Below, one piece after another: positions 15,721 through 25,221 of a DNA stretch of 42,219 nucleotides. Position numbers and translations under genes: made by a program. The notes under the pieces were generated by a model. That model was given only the letters and a program-made list of their open reading frames with translations, was not told where the DNA came from and made no database searches. Within the stretch, counting starts at the first letter, position 1, and every line of letters starts with the position of its first letter. Origin of the DNA: a virus (lineage: Duplodnaviria; Caudoviricetes). The DNA is taken from IMG/VR virus record IMGVR_UViG_3300044878_000044, positions 1 through 42,219 of that record; one strand, written 5' to 3'.

Positions 15721-16341
15721 ATGGCGCTGACAGCAAAGCAGCGGCGCTTCGTGGATGAATACCTTAAAGACCTGAACGCCACGCAGGCCGCCATACGCAC
15801 TGGCTACAGCCAGAAGACGGCAAGGCAGATGGGGGCAGAGAACCTGTCGAAACCTGTCATTCAGGCGGCTATCGCTGAAAGCATGGCTGATAGGTCGTCC
15901 AGAACCGGTATTACGGCCGATAGAGTGCTGCAGGAGCTGTCTCGGCTGGCCTTCCTGGATATCCGCAAGGCATTCAACGCTGACGGCTCTCTGAAGCCCC
16001 TGCATGAGCTTGACGACGACACGGCGGCAGCAGTTGCCGGAATGGACGTTGTTGAGATCGGCTCGGGCGACTCCGTTGTCGGGGTTACCAAGAAGATCAA
16101 GCTGAGTGACAAGAAAGGCGCGCTGGAGCTGGTCATGCGCCACTTGGGAATGCTCAGCCCGCCTGGTCACCTCGACCTTGACACCGAGCAGAAGCGGATC
16201 GACCTCGAAAACAGGCGACTCACCAACGAAAAACTACGCCGCGAACTGGAAGACCCTAACAAGGGGCTGCCCGAACCGAAGCAAGTCATCATCGGGGTAG
16301 AGGATGCAAGCGACCCTGAAGCTGAACAAGCCGCAGTTTGA
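15721..16341 (+). CDS. terS: Terminase small subunit
   Basis: LTAKQRRFVDEYLKDLNATQAAIRTGYS. Confidence 0.95.
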   Translation: MALTAKQRRFVDEYLKDLNATQAAIRTGYSQKTARQMGAENLSKPVIQAAIAESMADRSSRTGITADRVLQELSRLAFLDIRKAFNADGSLKPLHELDDDTAAAVAGMDVVEIGSGDSVVGVTKKIKLSDKKGALELVMRHLGMLSPPGHLDLDTEQKRIDLENRRLTNEKLRRELEDPNKGLPEPKQVIIGVEDASDPEAEQAAV

Positions 16342-17584
16342 TTTCATCAAGCACCCCAAGAAGTTTTCAGCGTTCGTCGGCGGCTATCGAAGCGGCAAGA
16401 CGTTCGTCGGGTGCGTGCGGATGTGCATCAACGCACTGGAGCATCCCGGCATACCGCAGGGCTACTTCGCGCCGACGTATCCGCAGATCACCGACATTTT
16501 CTTCGACACCATGCCGGGCGTTGCTGAGGCGTTCGGCCTGTTCGCCGACATCGTGGCCAGCAAGAAGCGTGTTTACCTGCGCGACAACCGCGGGCGCTGC
16601 CTGTCGACCATTGTCTGCAAGAGCATGGAGCACCCGCACCGCATTGTCGGCTTCAACATCGCGCACGCCCTGGTCGACGAAATCGACTGTATGCCGATCA
16701 AGAAGGCCGACAGCGCCTGGAAGAAGATCATTGCGCGGATGTCGACCGTTTGGCCTGGCCGCGACGAGAACACCATCGACGTCACGACGACGCCCGAGGG
16801 GTTCAACTGGGTCTATCGGAAGTTCGTCAAGGAGCTGGCAGAGACGCCAGATCAGCGAGAGTTCTACGGCATCGTGCACGCCAGTACGCGGCAGAACGCC
16901 AAGAACCTGCCGAAGGACTACATCCCATCGCTGCGCAAGTCGTACCCGGCCAACCTGGTAGACGCCTACATCGACGGGCTGTTCGTCAACCTGACCTCGG
17001 GCAGTGTTTACCCGAACTTCTGCCGCAAGCTGAACCACACCAACGAAACGATTCGCCCCGGCGAGCCGCTGCATATTGGCCTCGACTTCAACATCAACCG
17101 CATGGCGGCCTGCATCTTCGTGATCCGCGACGGCCGAGCGATGCAGTTGGGCGAGATTACCAAGCTGTTTGACACGCCTGCGATGGTGGCCGCTATCAAG
17201 CTGCGCTACCCGGGCCGAAGCATCACGGTCTACCCGGACGCCAGCGGCAAGAACCGCAAGAGCGTCAACGGTAGCGAATCTGACCATGCATTGCTGCGCC
17301 AGGCTGGCTTCGCCGTCCAGGTCAATCCTGCAAACCCATTGGTGCGCGACCGGGTGCTGGCGGTGAACGCCCAGTTCCTGAATGGCGATGGCGAGCGCGC
17401 CCTACTGATCAATACCGACCTTTGCCCACATACGACGCAGGTTCTTGAGCAGCAGGCCTACACCGAGCAGGGCGAGCCCAACAAAGACGGCACGGAAGAC
17501 CCGGCAGACGCCTTTGGGTACTTCGTCGTCCAGCGCTACCCAATCGACGTCGCAATGACCATGACCCAATCCCTGAGAATGTGA
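16304..17584 (+). CDS. terL: Terminase large subunit
   Basis: GGYRSGKT Walker A, ALVDE Walker B, TTTPEG, GLDFN, DPADAFGY. Confidence 0.93.
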   Translation: MQATLKLNKPQFDFIKHPKKFSAFVGGYRSGKTFVGCVRMCINALEHPGIPQGYFAPTYPQITDIFFDTMPGVAEAFGLFADIVASKKRVYLRDNRGRCLSTIVCKSMEHPHRIVGFNIAHALVDEIDCMPIKKADSAWKKIIARMSTVWPGRDENTIDVTTTPEGFNWVYRKFVKELAETPDQREFYGIVHASTRQNAKNLPKDYIPSLRKSYPANLVDAYIDGLFVNLTSGSVYPNFCRKLNHTNETIRPGEPLHIGLDFNINRMAACIFVIRDGRAMQLGEITKLFDTPAMVAAIKLRYPGRSITVYPDASGKNRKSVNGSESDHALLRQAGFAVQVNPANPLVRDRVLAVNAQFLNGDGERALLINTDLCPHTTQVLEQQAYTEQGEPNKDGTEDPADAFGYFVVQRYPIDVAMTMTQSLRM

Positions 17585-17586
17585 AT

Positions 17587-18963
17587 ATGTCCGATAACCC
17601 AGCAGTCACGATCCCCGCTGTCGAGGCCATGCGCGCCTATTGGGCCGTGATCACGCCGCTCATGCGCGGGACGCTGGCTATGCGGGAGGCCGGTGTGGTT
17701 TTGCTGCCGCAGTACCCGGCTGAGGATTCCGCCTCGTACAAGGAGCGCTTGCGCCTATCCACGCTGCTGCCGGCCTATTCCGAGACGGTGGGCAACATGA
17801 CCTCTCGGGTATTCGCAGAGCCGCTGCAGGTGGGCGACGACGTCCCGGACGACATCAAGGCGATGACCAAGGACATCGACCACGCGGGCAATGACCTGAA
17901 TTCGTGGTCGGTTGAGTTCTTCCGCGAAGGCCTGAGCCATGGCTTGTGCCACGCCTTCGTTGATCACCCGTCGTCTGAGGGTGTTCGCACCCAGGCCCAG
18001 GAGCAGGCATTGGGTCTGCGGCCATGGTTCGTCCTGGTCAAGCCCGAGCAGGTGCTTGGGTGGCGCTCCAAGAATGGCCAGCTGACGATGGTCCGCTACA
18101 GCGAGAAGGTCGAGGAGGATGATGGCGCTTTCGGCTGTCAGCTCGTCGAGCAGATTCGCGTCCTGGAGGTCGGCAAGTGGACTACCTACCGAAAAGGCGA
18201 GAAAGGCGGCTGGGAGAAACACGACGAAGGCAATAGCAGCCTCAAGCAAATCCCATGGGTGACGTTCTACACCGGGCGCACCGGTTACATGACGGCTCGC
18301 CCACCATTGCTGGAGCTGGCCCATCTCAACGTCAAACACTGGCAGAGCCAGAGCGACCAGGACAACATCCTGCACGTTATCCGCGTGCCGATCCTGGTCC
18401 GCATCGGCGTGCAGGCGATGTACGACAATCAGGGCAAACCGGTTCCGCCTGAGTTCAAGGTGGGCACCGGGGCACTGACTGACCTGCCAACCAATGGTGA
18501 CCTGAAGTACGTCGAGCACACCGGCAAGGCCGTCGAGGCGGGCCGAGTGGCGCTGCAAGACCTGATTGCCGAAATGCGCATGGCCGGCGCCAAGCTGCTG
18601 ACGCCGGACAAGTCGGTCACCAAGACTGCCACGCAAGCCGAGGAAGAGGCGGCGCAGGAGCTGTCACCGCTGGCGCGCATGGCGAACCACTTCGCTGACT
18701 GCCTGGCTCAGCTGCTGCAGTACATGGCCGACTACCGCGGCCTGGGCGAAGGCGGAACGGTCGAGATGCGCGGGAACTTCGACGCGGACTTCATCCCTGA
18801 GATTTCGCTGCCGGTACTGGTCAGCATGGCGAACGCCGGCATGATCTCCAAGGAGACGCTGTTCGCCGAGATGCAGCGCCGCGGCGTGATCAGCGATGAA
18901 TACGACTGGGAAGAAGAGTTGGCCAAGATTGAATCGCAAGGCCCTGCTCTCGGGACATTGTGA
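17587..18963 (+). CDS. Portal protein (DUF4055-like)
   Basis: Position after terL, size, PPLLELAHLNVKHWQSQSD motif. Confidence 0.88.
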   Translation: MSDNPAVTIPAVEAMRAYWAVITPLMRGTLAMREAGVVLLPQYPAEDSASYKERLRLSTLLPAYSETVGNMTSRVFAEPLQVGDDVPDDIKAMTKDIDHAGNDLNSWSVEFFREGLSHGLCHAFVDHPSSEGVRTQAQEQALGLRPWFVLVKPEQVLGWRSKNGQLTMVRYSEKVEEDDGAFGCQLVEQIRVLEVGKWTTYRKGEKGGWEKHDEGNSSLKQIPWVTFYTGRTGYMTARPPLLELAHLNVKHWQSQSDQDNILHVIRVPILVRIGVQAMYDNQGKPVPPEFKVGTGALTDLPTNGDLKYVEHTGKAVEAGRVALQDLIAEMRMAGAKLLTPDKSVTKTATQAEEEAAQELSPLARMANHFADCLAQLLQYMADYRGLGEGGTVEMRGNFDADFIPEISLPVLVSMANAGMISKETLFAEMQRRGVISDEYDWEEELAKIESQGPALGTL

Positions 18964-20039
18964 TGGGATCGGCTAACGAGCAGCTGCTCGACAAGCTGAT
19001 TGGGCATGAAGTCGATCTGAACCAGCTGAGCAACAGCCAGGTCGCCATCATCGTCAAGATCCTGAACGGCAATGACGCCAAGCTTCGTGCTGCGCTGATC
19101 GAGGTGATTGACGGTCTCGGCACCAACCTATCTGCGGCGGCCGTTGACGCTGCGCTGGCTCCAGTCATTGAGCTGAACAGCAACACCTTCGCTGCGATCA
19201 ATGCCGAGATGGCCTCAGCCACCAGCGGCCTGATCAAGTACGAGATTGCGTTCCAGAAGGGCGCGATGCAGGCGGTGATACCCGCGCTGGTGCAGGACAT
19301 CTACCCGATCAAGGCGCCGAACTTCAGTCAGGTGCAGGCACTGGTCAATTCCAGGCCATTCCAGGGCAAGCTGCTCAAGGAGTGGATGGCGGGCATCGAG
19401 TCGGATCGGGCGGTATCCATTCGTGATGCGATCCGCTCTGGTGTCGTTGATGGGCGGACCACTGCCGATATAGTCCGCACCATCATGGGCACAAGGGCCG
19501 AGCAGTACGCTGACGGCATCCTGCAAAAGCCACGGCGTGAGGTTGAGGCGGTTGTCAGGTCGGCCATTTCGCACACTGCCGAGACGGCCAGTGAGAAGTC
19601 GTTCGAGGCGAACAGCGACATCATCAGCCATGTTGAGTGGCTGAGCACCCTGGATACGCGAACGACCGACAAATGCATCATCCGCGACAGAAAGCCGTAC
19701 ACGCTGGTCACCTACAAGCCGATCGGCCATGAAATCCCATGGCTGGCCGGGCCTGGAAAGATCCATTGGTGCTGCCGTTCGACCAAGCTGCCGATCCTCA
19801 AGGACGCCCGCTCACTGGGCATCAAGGATGCCGCGGCACGGGCCAGCATGGATGGTCAGGTGCCGAAGGAAATGAACTACGCCGAGTGGCTGACCAAGCA
19901 GTCGGCGGCACGCCAGGACGAGGTGCTGGGCCCGACTCGCGGCAAGATGATGCGCGAAGGCGACCTGAAGGTTGGAGTCTTCTTCAACGACAAAGGCCAA
20001 TTCCTCACGCTGGATCAGCTGAATGAGCGGCTGAACTGA
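18960..20039 (+). CDS. Head morphogenesis protein (SPP1 gp7/MuF-like)
   Basis: WLSTLDTRTT...C...HWCCRS motif. Confidence 0.85.
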   Translation: MMGSANEQLLDKLIGHEVDLNQLSNSQVAIIVKILNGNDAKLRAALIEVIDGLGTNLSAAAVDAALAPVIELNSNTFAAINAEMASATSGLIKYEIAFQKGAMQAVIPALVQDIYPIKAPNFSQVQALVNSRPFQGKLLKEWMAGIESDRAVSIRDAIRSGVVDGRTTADIVRTIMGTRAEQYADGILQKPRREVEAVVRSAISHTAETASEKSFEANSDIISHVEWLSTLDTRTTDKCIIRDRKPYTLVTYKPIGHEIPWLAGPGKIHWCCRSTKLPILKDARSLGIKDAAARASMDGQVPKEMNYAEWLTKQSAARQDEVLGPTRGKMMREGDLKVGVFFNDKGQFLTLDQLNERLN

Positions 20040-20045
20040 TACGTG

Positions 20046-20081
20046 CGCGCCACGAAACGCAATAACGCAAAACGTAGCGCG
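20046..20081. repeat. 36-bp inverted-repeat element, copy 2
   Basis: CGCGCCACG-N18-CGTAGCGCG. Confidence 0.6.
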
Positions 20082-20090
20082 CAACTCAAT

Positions 20091-20114
20091 GCCTCGCATC
20101 TGCGGGGCTTTTTT
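20091..20114 (+). terminator. Intrinsic terminator
   Basis: GCCTCGCA-TC-TGCGGGGC-TTTTTT. Confidence 0.7.
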
Positions 20115-20124
20115 ATGCCTGAAA

Positions 20125-20177
20125 CCCGGACGGGAAGGGCGAATAGCGGCGGATGCCGTACAGATGGGCGGATGCCC
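20125..20177 (+). promoter_or_regulatory. Three GGAY-loop hairpins in the scaffold leader
   Basis: CCC-GGAC-GGG, GCGGC-GGAT-GCCGT, GGGC-GGAT-GCCC. Confidence 0.55.
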
Positions 20178-20187
20178 GGAGAGACGA

Positions 20188-20952
20188 ATGAAACTCAAGC
20201 TTGATGACCAAGGCCATGCGGTACTGCAAGACGGCAAACCGGTTTATGTGCACGACGACGGCAAAGAGATCGCCTTCGACGCGCCTGGAACCGTAGCGAC
20301 CATCTCCCGCTTGAATGGCGAGGCCAAGTCGCACCGCGAGCGCGCCGAAGCTGCCGAGAGCACGCTGAAGGGCTTCGAGGGTATCGCCGATCCGGCTGCT
20401 GCGCTCAAGGCGCTAAACACCGTCAAGAACCTGGACGACAAGAAGCTGGTTGATGCCGGCGAAGTCGAGCGGGTGAAGAACGAGGCGATCAAGGCCTACG
20501 AGGAAAAGTACGGTCCGGTTGTCAAGGAGAACGAATCTCTGAAGGGCCAGCTGAACAACCACCTGATCGGTGGAGCCTTCGCCTCGTCCAAGTTCATCGC
20601 TGACAAATTCGCCGCTGAAGGCCCGGCCGGCGTTGAGATCGCCCGCGCCCTGTTCGGTGCAAGCCTCAAGGTCGAAGACGGCAAGGTCGTTGGTCATGAC
20701 GCCAACGGCAACAAGCTGTACTCCCGCGCCCGCCCTGGCGAGCTGGCCTCCGCAGACGAAGCAATCGAGCTGCTGGTCGACTCCTACCCGCACAAGGCGC
20801 ACATCCTCAAAAGCTCCGGTGCCAATGGCGGCGGCGCAACCCAGGCCAGTAATCCTGGCGGCAAGAAATCCATGTCTCGCACGAACTTCGACACCCTGGC
20901 GCCAGGCGATCAGGCCGCGTTCGCGCGTGAAGGCGGCGTCGTCACTGAATGA
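20188..20952 (+). CDS. Capsid scaffolding protein (DUF6651-like)
   Basis: Coiled-coil, directly before MCP; GGAGAG RBS before ATG 20188. Confidence 0.85.
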   Translation: MKLKLDDQGHAVLQDGKPVYVHDDGKEIAFDAPGTVATISRLNGEAKSHRERAEAAESTLKGFEGIADPAAALKALNTVKNLDDKKLVDAGEVERVKNEAIKAYEEKYGPVVKENESLKGQLNNHLIGGAFASSKFIADKFAAEGPAGVEIARALFGASLKVEDGKVVGHDANGNKLYSRARPGELASADEAIELLVDSYPHKAHILKSSGANGGGATQASNPGGKKSMSRTNFDTLAPGDQAAFAREGGVVTE

Positions 20953-20965
20953 CGCCAAACAACAT

Positions 20966-21009
20966 GCCGGTCCTCGGATGGGGATCGGTGCTTGGGTCGG
21001 ATGGCCCGA
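20966..21009 (+). promoter_or_regulatory. Two GGAU-loop hairpins in the capsid leader
   Basis: GCCGGTCCTC-GGAT-GGGGATCGGT and TTGGGTC-GGAT-GGCCCGA. Confidence 0.55.
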
Positions 21010-21050
21010 AAGTCTGAAAACTCAATCATCGATCCATTAGGAAAAATATC

Positions 21051-22214
21051 ATGGCGAACACGCTTACTAGCCTCATCCCTACCCTGTACAACGCCCTGGA
21101 CGTCGTGTCCCGCGAACTGGTCGGCTTCATCCCGGCCGTCACCTCCGACATGACCTACGACCGCGCTGCTGTCGGTCAGACCGTTATGTCTCCGGTCACC
21201 CAGCCTGCCGCTGCGAGCGACATCACTCCAGCTGTGACCCCGCCGAACGACGGCGACCAGACCATCGGCAACGCGCCGATGACCATCACCAAGGCGCGCC
21301 GCGTGCCGATCCGCTGGAACGGTGAAGAGAAGAAAGGTCTCGACAACAACGGCGCCAGCTTCAACACCATTCTGTCCGGTCAGATCCAGCAGGGTATGCG
21401 TACTCTGGTGAACGAGATCGAGGCCGATCTGGCTGCCCTGCACGTCAAGGCCTCGCGCGCCTATGGCACCGCCGGCAACGCCCCGTTCGGCACTGCTGCT
21501 GACCTGAGCGATTCGGCCGGCGCCCTGCGCATTCTGGAAGAGAACGGCGCTCAAGGCTTGGACTTCCAGCTGGTGCTCGGCACTGCTGCAATGGCCAACC
21601 TGCGCGGCAAGCAATCCGTCCTGTTCAAAGTGAACGAGTCGGGTCGTGAAGACATGCTGCGCAACGGCATGACCGACCGCATTCAAGGCCTGGCCCTGCG
21701 CCAATCGGCCCAGGTCAAGAACGTCATCGCCGGTACTGGCGCGGCATCCACCACCAACGCTGCAGGCTACGCGGCCGGCGCAACCACCATCACTCTGGCC
21801 TTGGCCGGCACCGGCACCATCCTGGCGGGCGACGTGGTCAGCTTCGCGGGCGACCCGAACAAGTACGTGGTGGCTGCGGGCGATACCGACGTATCCAACG
21901 GCGGCACCATCACCCTGGCTGCTCCAGGTCTGAAACAGGCCATCCCGGCATCGGCTACCGCTATCACCCTGGCCGCTGCCAGCGCCCGCAACATGTTCTT
22001 CGCTCGCTCGTCCATCGCCCTGGCAACCCGTGCTCCAGCACTGCCAGAGCAAGGCGACTCGGCGGTTGACCGCATGCTGATCACCGATCCACTGACCGGC
22101 CTGACCTTCGAAATCTCGATGTACGCCCAGTACCGTCAAATGCAGTACGAGATTGCACTGGCATGGGGCTGTGCAGCGGTGAAAACCGATCACATCGGCC
22201 TGCTGCTGGGCTGA
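21051..22214 (+). CDS. Major capsid protein (P22 coat-like)
   Basis: 387 aa, MANTL...ALDVVSRELVGFIPAV; follows scaffold; terminator after. Confidence 0.9.
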   Translation: MANTLTSLIPTLYNALDVVSRELVGFIPAVTSDMTYDRAAVGQTVMSPVTQPAAASDITPAVTPPNDGDQTIGNAPMTITKARRVPIRWNGEEKKGLDNNGASFNTILSGQIQQGMRTLVNEIEADLAALHVKASRAYGTAGNAPFGTAADLSDSAGALRILEENGAQGLDFQLVLGTAAMANLRGKQSVLFKVNESGREDMLRNGMTDRIQGLALRQSAQVKNVIAGTGAASTTNAAGYAAGATTITLALAGTGTILAGDVVSFAGDPNKYVVAAGDTDVSNGGTITLAAPGLKQAIPASATAITLAAASARNMFFARSSIALATRAPALPEQGDSAVDRMLITDPLTGLTFEISMYAQYRQMQYEIALAWGCAAVKTDHIGLLLG

Positions 22215-22227
22215 TAGGCGTTCAACT

Positions 22228-22251
22228 ACGGGGCCTTCGGGCCTCGTTTCT
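22228..22251 (+). terminator. Terminator after capsid gene
   Basis: ACGGGGCC-TTCG-GGCCTCGT-TTCT. Confidence 0.6.
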
Positions 22252-22264
22252 GATGGAGATTCAC

Positions 22265-22432
22265 ATGTCGCTATTGAAAGTAAAGCCATGGGGCGAAGGC
22301 CAGGGCGATCACGTGTTGATCAACGAGGAAGACTTCAACGAAGTGTTCCATTCCCTGCTGGATGCCGAGGACAAGCCCAAGGCGCCCGCCAAGGCAGACA
22401 AGGCCAAGCCTGAAGCCAAGAGCGCCGACTAA
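22265..22432 (+). CDS. Small hypothetical virion-region protein
   Basis: GGAG RBS, ATG 22265. Confidence 0.65.
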   Translation: MSLLKVKPWGEGQGDHVLINEEDFNEVFHSLLDAEDKPKAPAKADKAKPEAKSAD

Positions 22433-22803
22433 TGACAACCTACATCACCACCGAGCAGGTGGACGCCCTTCTTGGGTCCGGCTGGACGACTGAAGACAAG
22501 AAGCCGCGCGCGGTGCTGATGGCGAACACCTGGCTCACTAACCTGGGCCTTCCCGGGTTCGACCCTGTGCCCGACGACGTGATTCAGGCGGGCGCAGAGG
22601 TTGCGCGAGAGGCGGCAGCAGGGAAGCTGTACGCAGCCAAAGAAACTGGTGTGACGAGCAAGTCTGTCAAGGCTGGCAGCGTCGCAACCAGCAAATCCTA
22701 TTCCGAGTCGTCGCGCTCCATCAGCGCTGGCGAGTCGTTTGCGCTGGCTCTTCTGGCTCACTACCTGAATGGCAGCGGACAGACCAAAGTCGTGAGGTGC
22801 TGA
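22432..22803 (+). CDS. Head-tail adaptor
   Basis: MTTYIT..., VTSKSVKAGSV...SY; position. Confidence 0.7.
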   Translation: MTTYITTEQVDALLGSGWTTEDKKPRAVLMANTWLTNLGLPGFDPVPDDVIQAGAEVAREAAAGKLYAAKETGVTSKSVKAGSVATSKSYSESSRSISAGESFALALLAHYLNGSGQTKVVRC

Positions 22804-22804
22804 C

Positions 22805-23185
22805 ATGGGCCTGCGCGACGATATCCAAGCAGATTTGGCCGAAGCCTTCGACACCGATCTCGCCGACGCGGTGCAGCCGTTTACTGGCTCATACCTCGGG
22901 CCAGGCGTCTTTGACCCGGTTACCGAAACCGATACCGCCGAAACGATCGCTTACACCGGGCGCGGCGTGCTGGACAGCTACGACAGTCGGCGCATCGATA
23001 ACGTGAACATCAAGGTCGGCGACGTGCTGCTGATTGCCCTGGTCAACGAGATCAACGACACCCCGGCCATCGGGCACAAGATCACCGTCGAGGATCTGCT
23101 GACCGGCGAACCGGCGGTTTACACCGTCGTCAGCCCTGGCATCGATCCGGCCAAGGCTCATCTGGAATTGCAGTTGAGGAAGTAG
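22805..23185 (+). CDS. Head closure / head-tail joining protein
   Basis: FDPVT, IKVGD, DPA...LQLRK; position. Confidence 0.7.
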   Translation: MGLRDDIQADLAEAFDTDLADAVQPFTGSYLGPGVFDPVTETDTAETIAYTGRGVLDSYDSRRIDNVNIKVGDVLLIALVNEINDTPAIGHKITVEDLLTGEPAVYTVVSPGIDPAKAHLELQLRK

Positions 23186-23187
23186 CC

Positions 23188-23580
23188 ATGGCAGGAAAAG
23201 GAAGCTGGAGCACGCCGCCAAGCCTGTTTTCCGAAGTGATCGAGGCTGAACTGTCCAGCCGGGTGCGCACCATTGCGCTTTCGATGCTTAACGAGATCGT
23301 TCTGCGCTCGCCAGTCGACACCGGACGATTCCGGGCAAACAACATCGTCTCAGTCGGCAGGCCGGTCTATACCGCGACGGTCGACGTGGACAAAACCGGC
23401 GGCGCGACGATTGAAAAAGGGGTGGCAGTCTTGACGGGGCTGGAGCCCTACAGCGTCGTCTACTTGCAGAACTCCCTTCCATACGCGCAAAGGCTCGAAG
23501 ACGGGCATTCAAAGCAAGCTCCGCCTGGTGGTATTTACGCGGTGTCCTTCCATGGCGTCTCACAGGCCTACAGCAAATGA
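23188..23580 (+). CDS. HK97 gp10-like tail completion protein
   Basis: SPVDTGRFRAN, PYAQRLEDGHSKQAP. Confidence 0.88.
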   Translation: MAGKGSWSTPPSLFSEVIEAELSSRVRTIALSMLNEIVLRSPVDTGRFRANNIVSVGRPVYTATVDVDKTGGATIEKGVAVLTGLEPYSVVYLQNSLPYAQRLEDGHSKQAPPGGIYAVSFHGVSQAYSK

Positions 23581-23972
23581 CCTTCGAACAGATCCGCGCC
23601 ATCGTCATCACCCGAATGACGCAGTGGACCGGCATCCCTGCGGCAAACGTCGATTACCCGAACAACAAGATTTTTGACCCAGCCGGGAAAACCATCTGGG
23701 CGCGACTGGCGAACATCCCCGGCCTGTCCAGTACGCCCGAAGTCGGCCTGACGCCGTGCGTGCGCAAGACCGGCATCGTCATTGTTCAACTGTTCGTGCC
23801 GAACTACACCGGCACCCTCGCCATCACCAAGGCCGCAGACACACTGGTCGAGCAGTTCCAGTTCTTCAGCCAGGGCACCTTTGAGTGCTTCGCAGCCTCG
23901 TCCGCGCAGATCGGCGACGACGGCAACGGCTGGTTCCAAGTGAACATCCAGATCCCATACCGGGCGCACTGA
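23577..23972 (+). CDS. Tail terminator
   Basis: YPN...FDP, GIVIVQLFVP, WFQVNIQIPY; precedes tail tube. Confidence 0.75.
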   Translation: MTFEQIRAIVITRMTQWTGIPAANVDYPNNKIFDPAGKTIWARLANIPGLSSTPEVGLTPCVRKTGIVIVQLFVPNYTGTLAITKAADTLVEQFQFFSQGTFECFAASSAQIGDDGNGWFQVNIQIPYRAH

Positions 23973-24003
23973 GCCCCAAACCCCCGCAGCAGGAGAAACA
24001 CCA

Positions 24004-25173
24004 ATGAGTTCAGGCGCCAAGAACCGGACGGCCTATGTCCGCGAAATCACCCCGGGCATTACCCCTGGGTCCGGATGGAAAGAGCTGATCCGCACGTCCT
24101 ACGGCCTCGGTCCAACCCAAAACACCGCCGAAAACAACGAGATTGCGCAAACTCGCATGTCTCAAGGCACCACCGCGACCACCGTTGATGTGGCGGGCGA
24201 AGTCGGCCAGAAGTGGCGCTACGGCGGCGCGATTGACGATTTTCTGGCCTCCTGCTTCGGCAAGGACTGGGCGGCCGACTCGCTGACCCTGGGCGATGAG
24301 CGTATTTCGTTCTCCCTGGCATCGTTTGCCAGTGATGTGCTGGTCTCGTCGATTGCCCGTGGTGCGCAAGTCGCCTCGATGGCCTTCACCTTCGGTACCG
24401 ACGACGACATCACCATTGCCACCAACTTCACGGCGACTGGCTGGGAAGGCAAGGTCGACGCCACGCCGTACTTCAGCGGTGCCGCCGCCGAGCCGCACGC
24501 CGCACGCTACAACTTCAAGGACTTCATCAGCCTGACCCTGGATGGCGTGGAAGCGGCGCCGGGCAGTGGTACTTGCATCAGCGCCATGGACCTGACGTTT
24601 GACAACAACGTCCAGACCCAGCGCTGCATCAACAACGGCGCGTTCGCGGGTAACGTCATTCCGACCATCTTCGGCGTGACTGGCTCGATCACCATCGCAT
24701 GGTCGGCGGCCTCCTACGCGCTGTGGATCAAGCAGCAAACGGGCGATTCCGTGGCGGTGGCCTTCACCATCGAGAACAACGATGGTCGCTACACCTTCAC
24801 CCTCCCAGAAATGGAAGTGAACGGCGATTGGCCGGACGGTGGCGCGACTGACGTGATCGAGGTCCAGCTTAACGTGGCAGCCCGCCGCACGGCCCCGACC
24901 GTCACCCGCGCTGTGTATGTGGCACCGACCGGCATCACCCTGGCTCCGGCTTCGGTGTCCATCGCGGTCGCCGCCACCCAGCAGCTGACCCCGACCGTCG
25001 CCCCGGCTGGCGCATACCAAGGCGTAACCTGGTCGAGCAGCGACCCTACCAAGGCCACTGTATCGGCTACCGGCCTGGTCACCGGCGTGGCGATCGGCTC
25101 GGCAGTCATCACTGCCACCAGCATTTCCGATCCGACCAAGACCGCGACCCGCAACGTCACCGTCACCGCCTAA
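24004..25173 (+). CDS. Major tail tube protein with C-terminal Ig-like (Big_2) domain
   Basis: MSSGAK...; C-terminal VTWSSSDPTKATVSATGLVTGV. Confidence 0.88.
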   Translation: MSSGAKNRTAYVREITPGITPGSGWKELIRTSYGLGPTQNTAENNEIAQTRMSQGTTATTVDVAGEVGQKWRYGGAIDDFLASCFGKDWAADSLTLGDERISFSLASFASDVLVSSIARGAQVASMAFTFGTDDDITIATNFTATGWEGKVDATPYFSGAAAEPHAARYNFKDFISLTLDGVEAAPGSGTCISAMDLTFDNNVQTQRCINNGAFAGNVIPTIFGVTGSITIAWSAASYALWIKQQTGDSVAVAFTIENNDGRYTFTLPEMEVNGDWPDGGATDVIEVQLNVAARRTAPTVTRAVYVAPTGITLAPASVSIAVAATQQLTPTVAPAGAYQGVTWSSSDPTKATVSATGLVTGVAIGSAVITATSISDPTKTATRNVTVTA

Positions 25174-25221
25174 CCACCTACATGCAGCCGCTCCACCCGG
25201 GGCGGCCACAAGGATTGCCGC

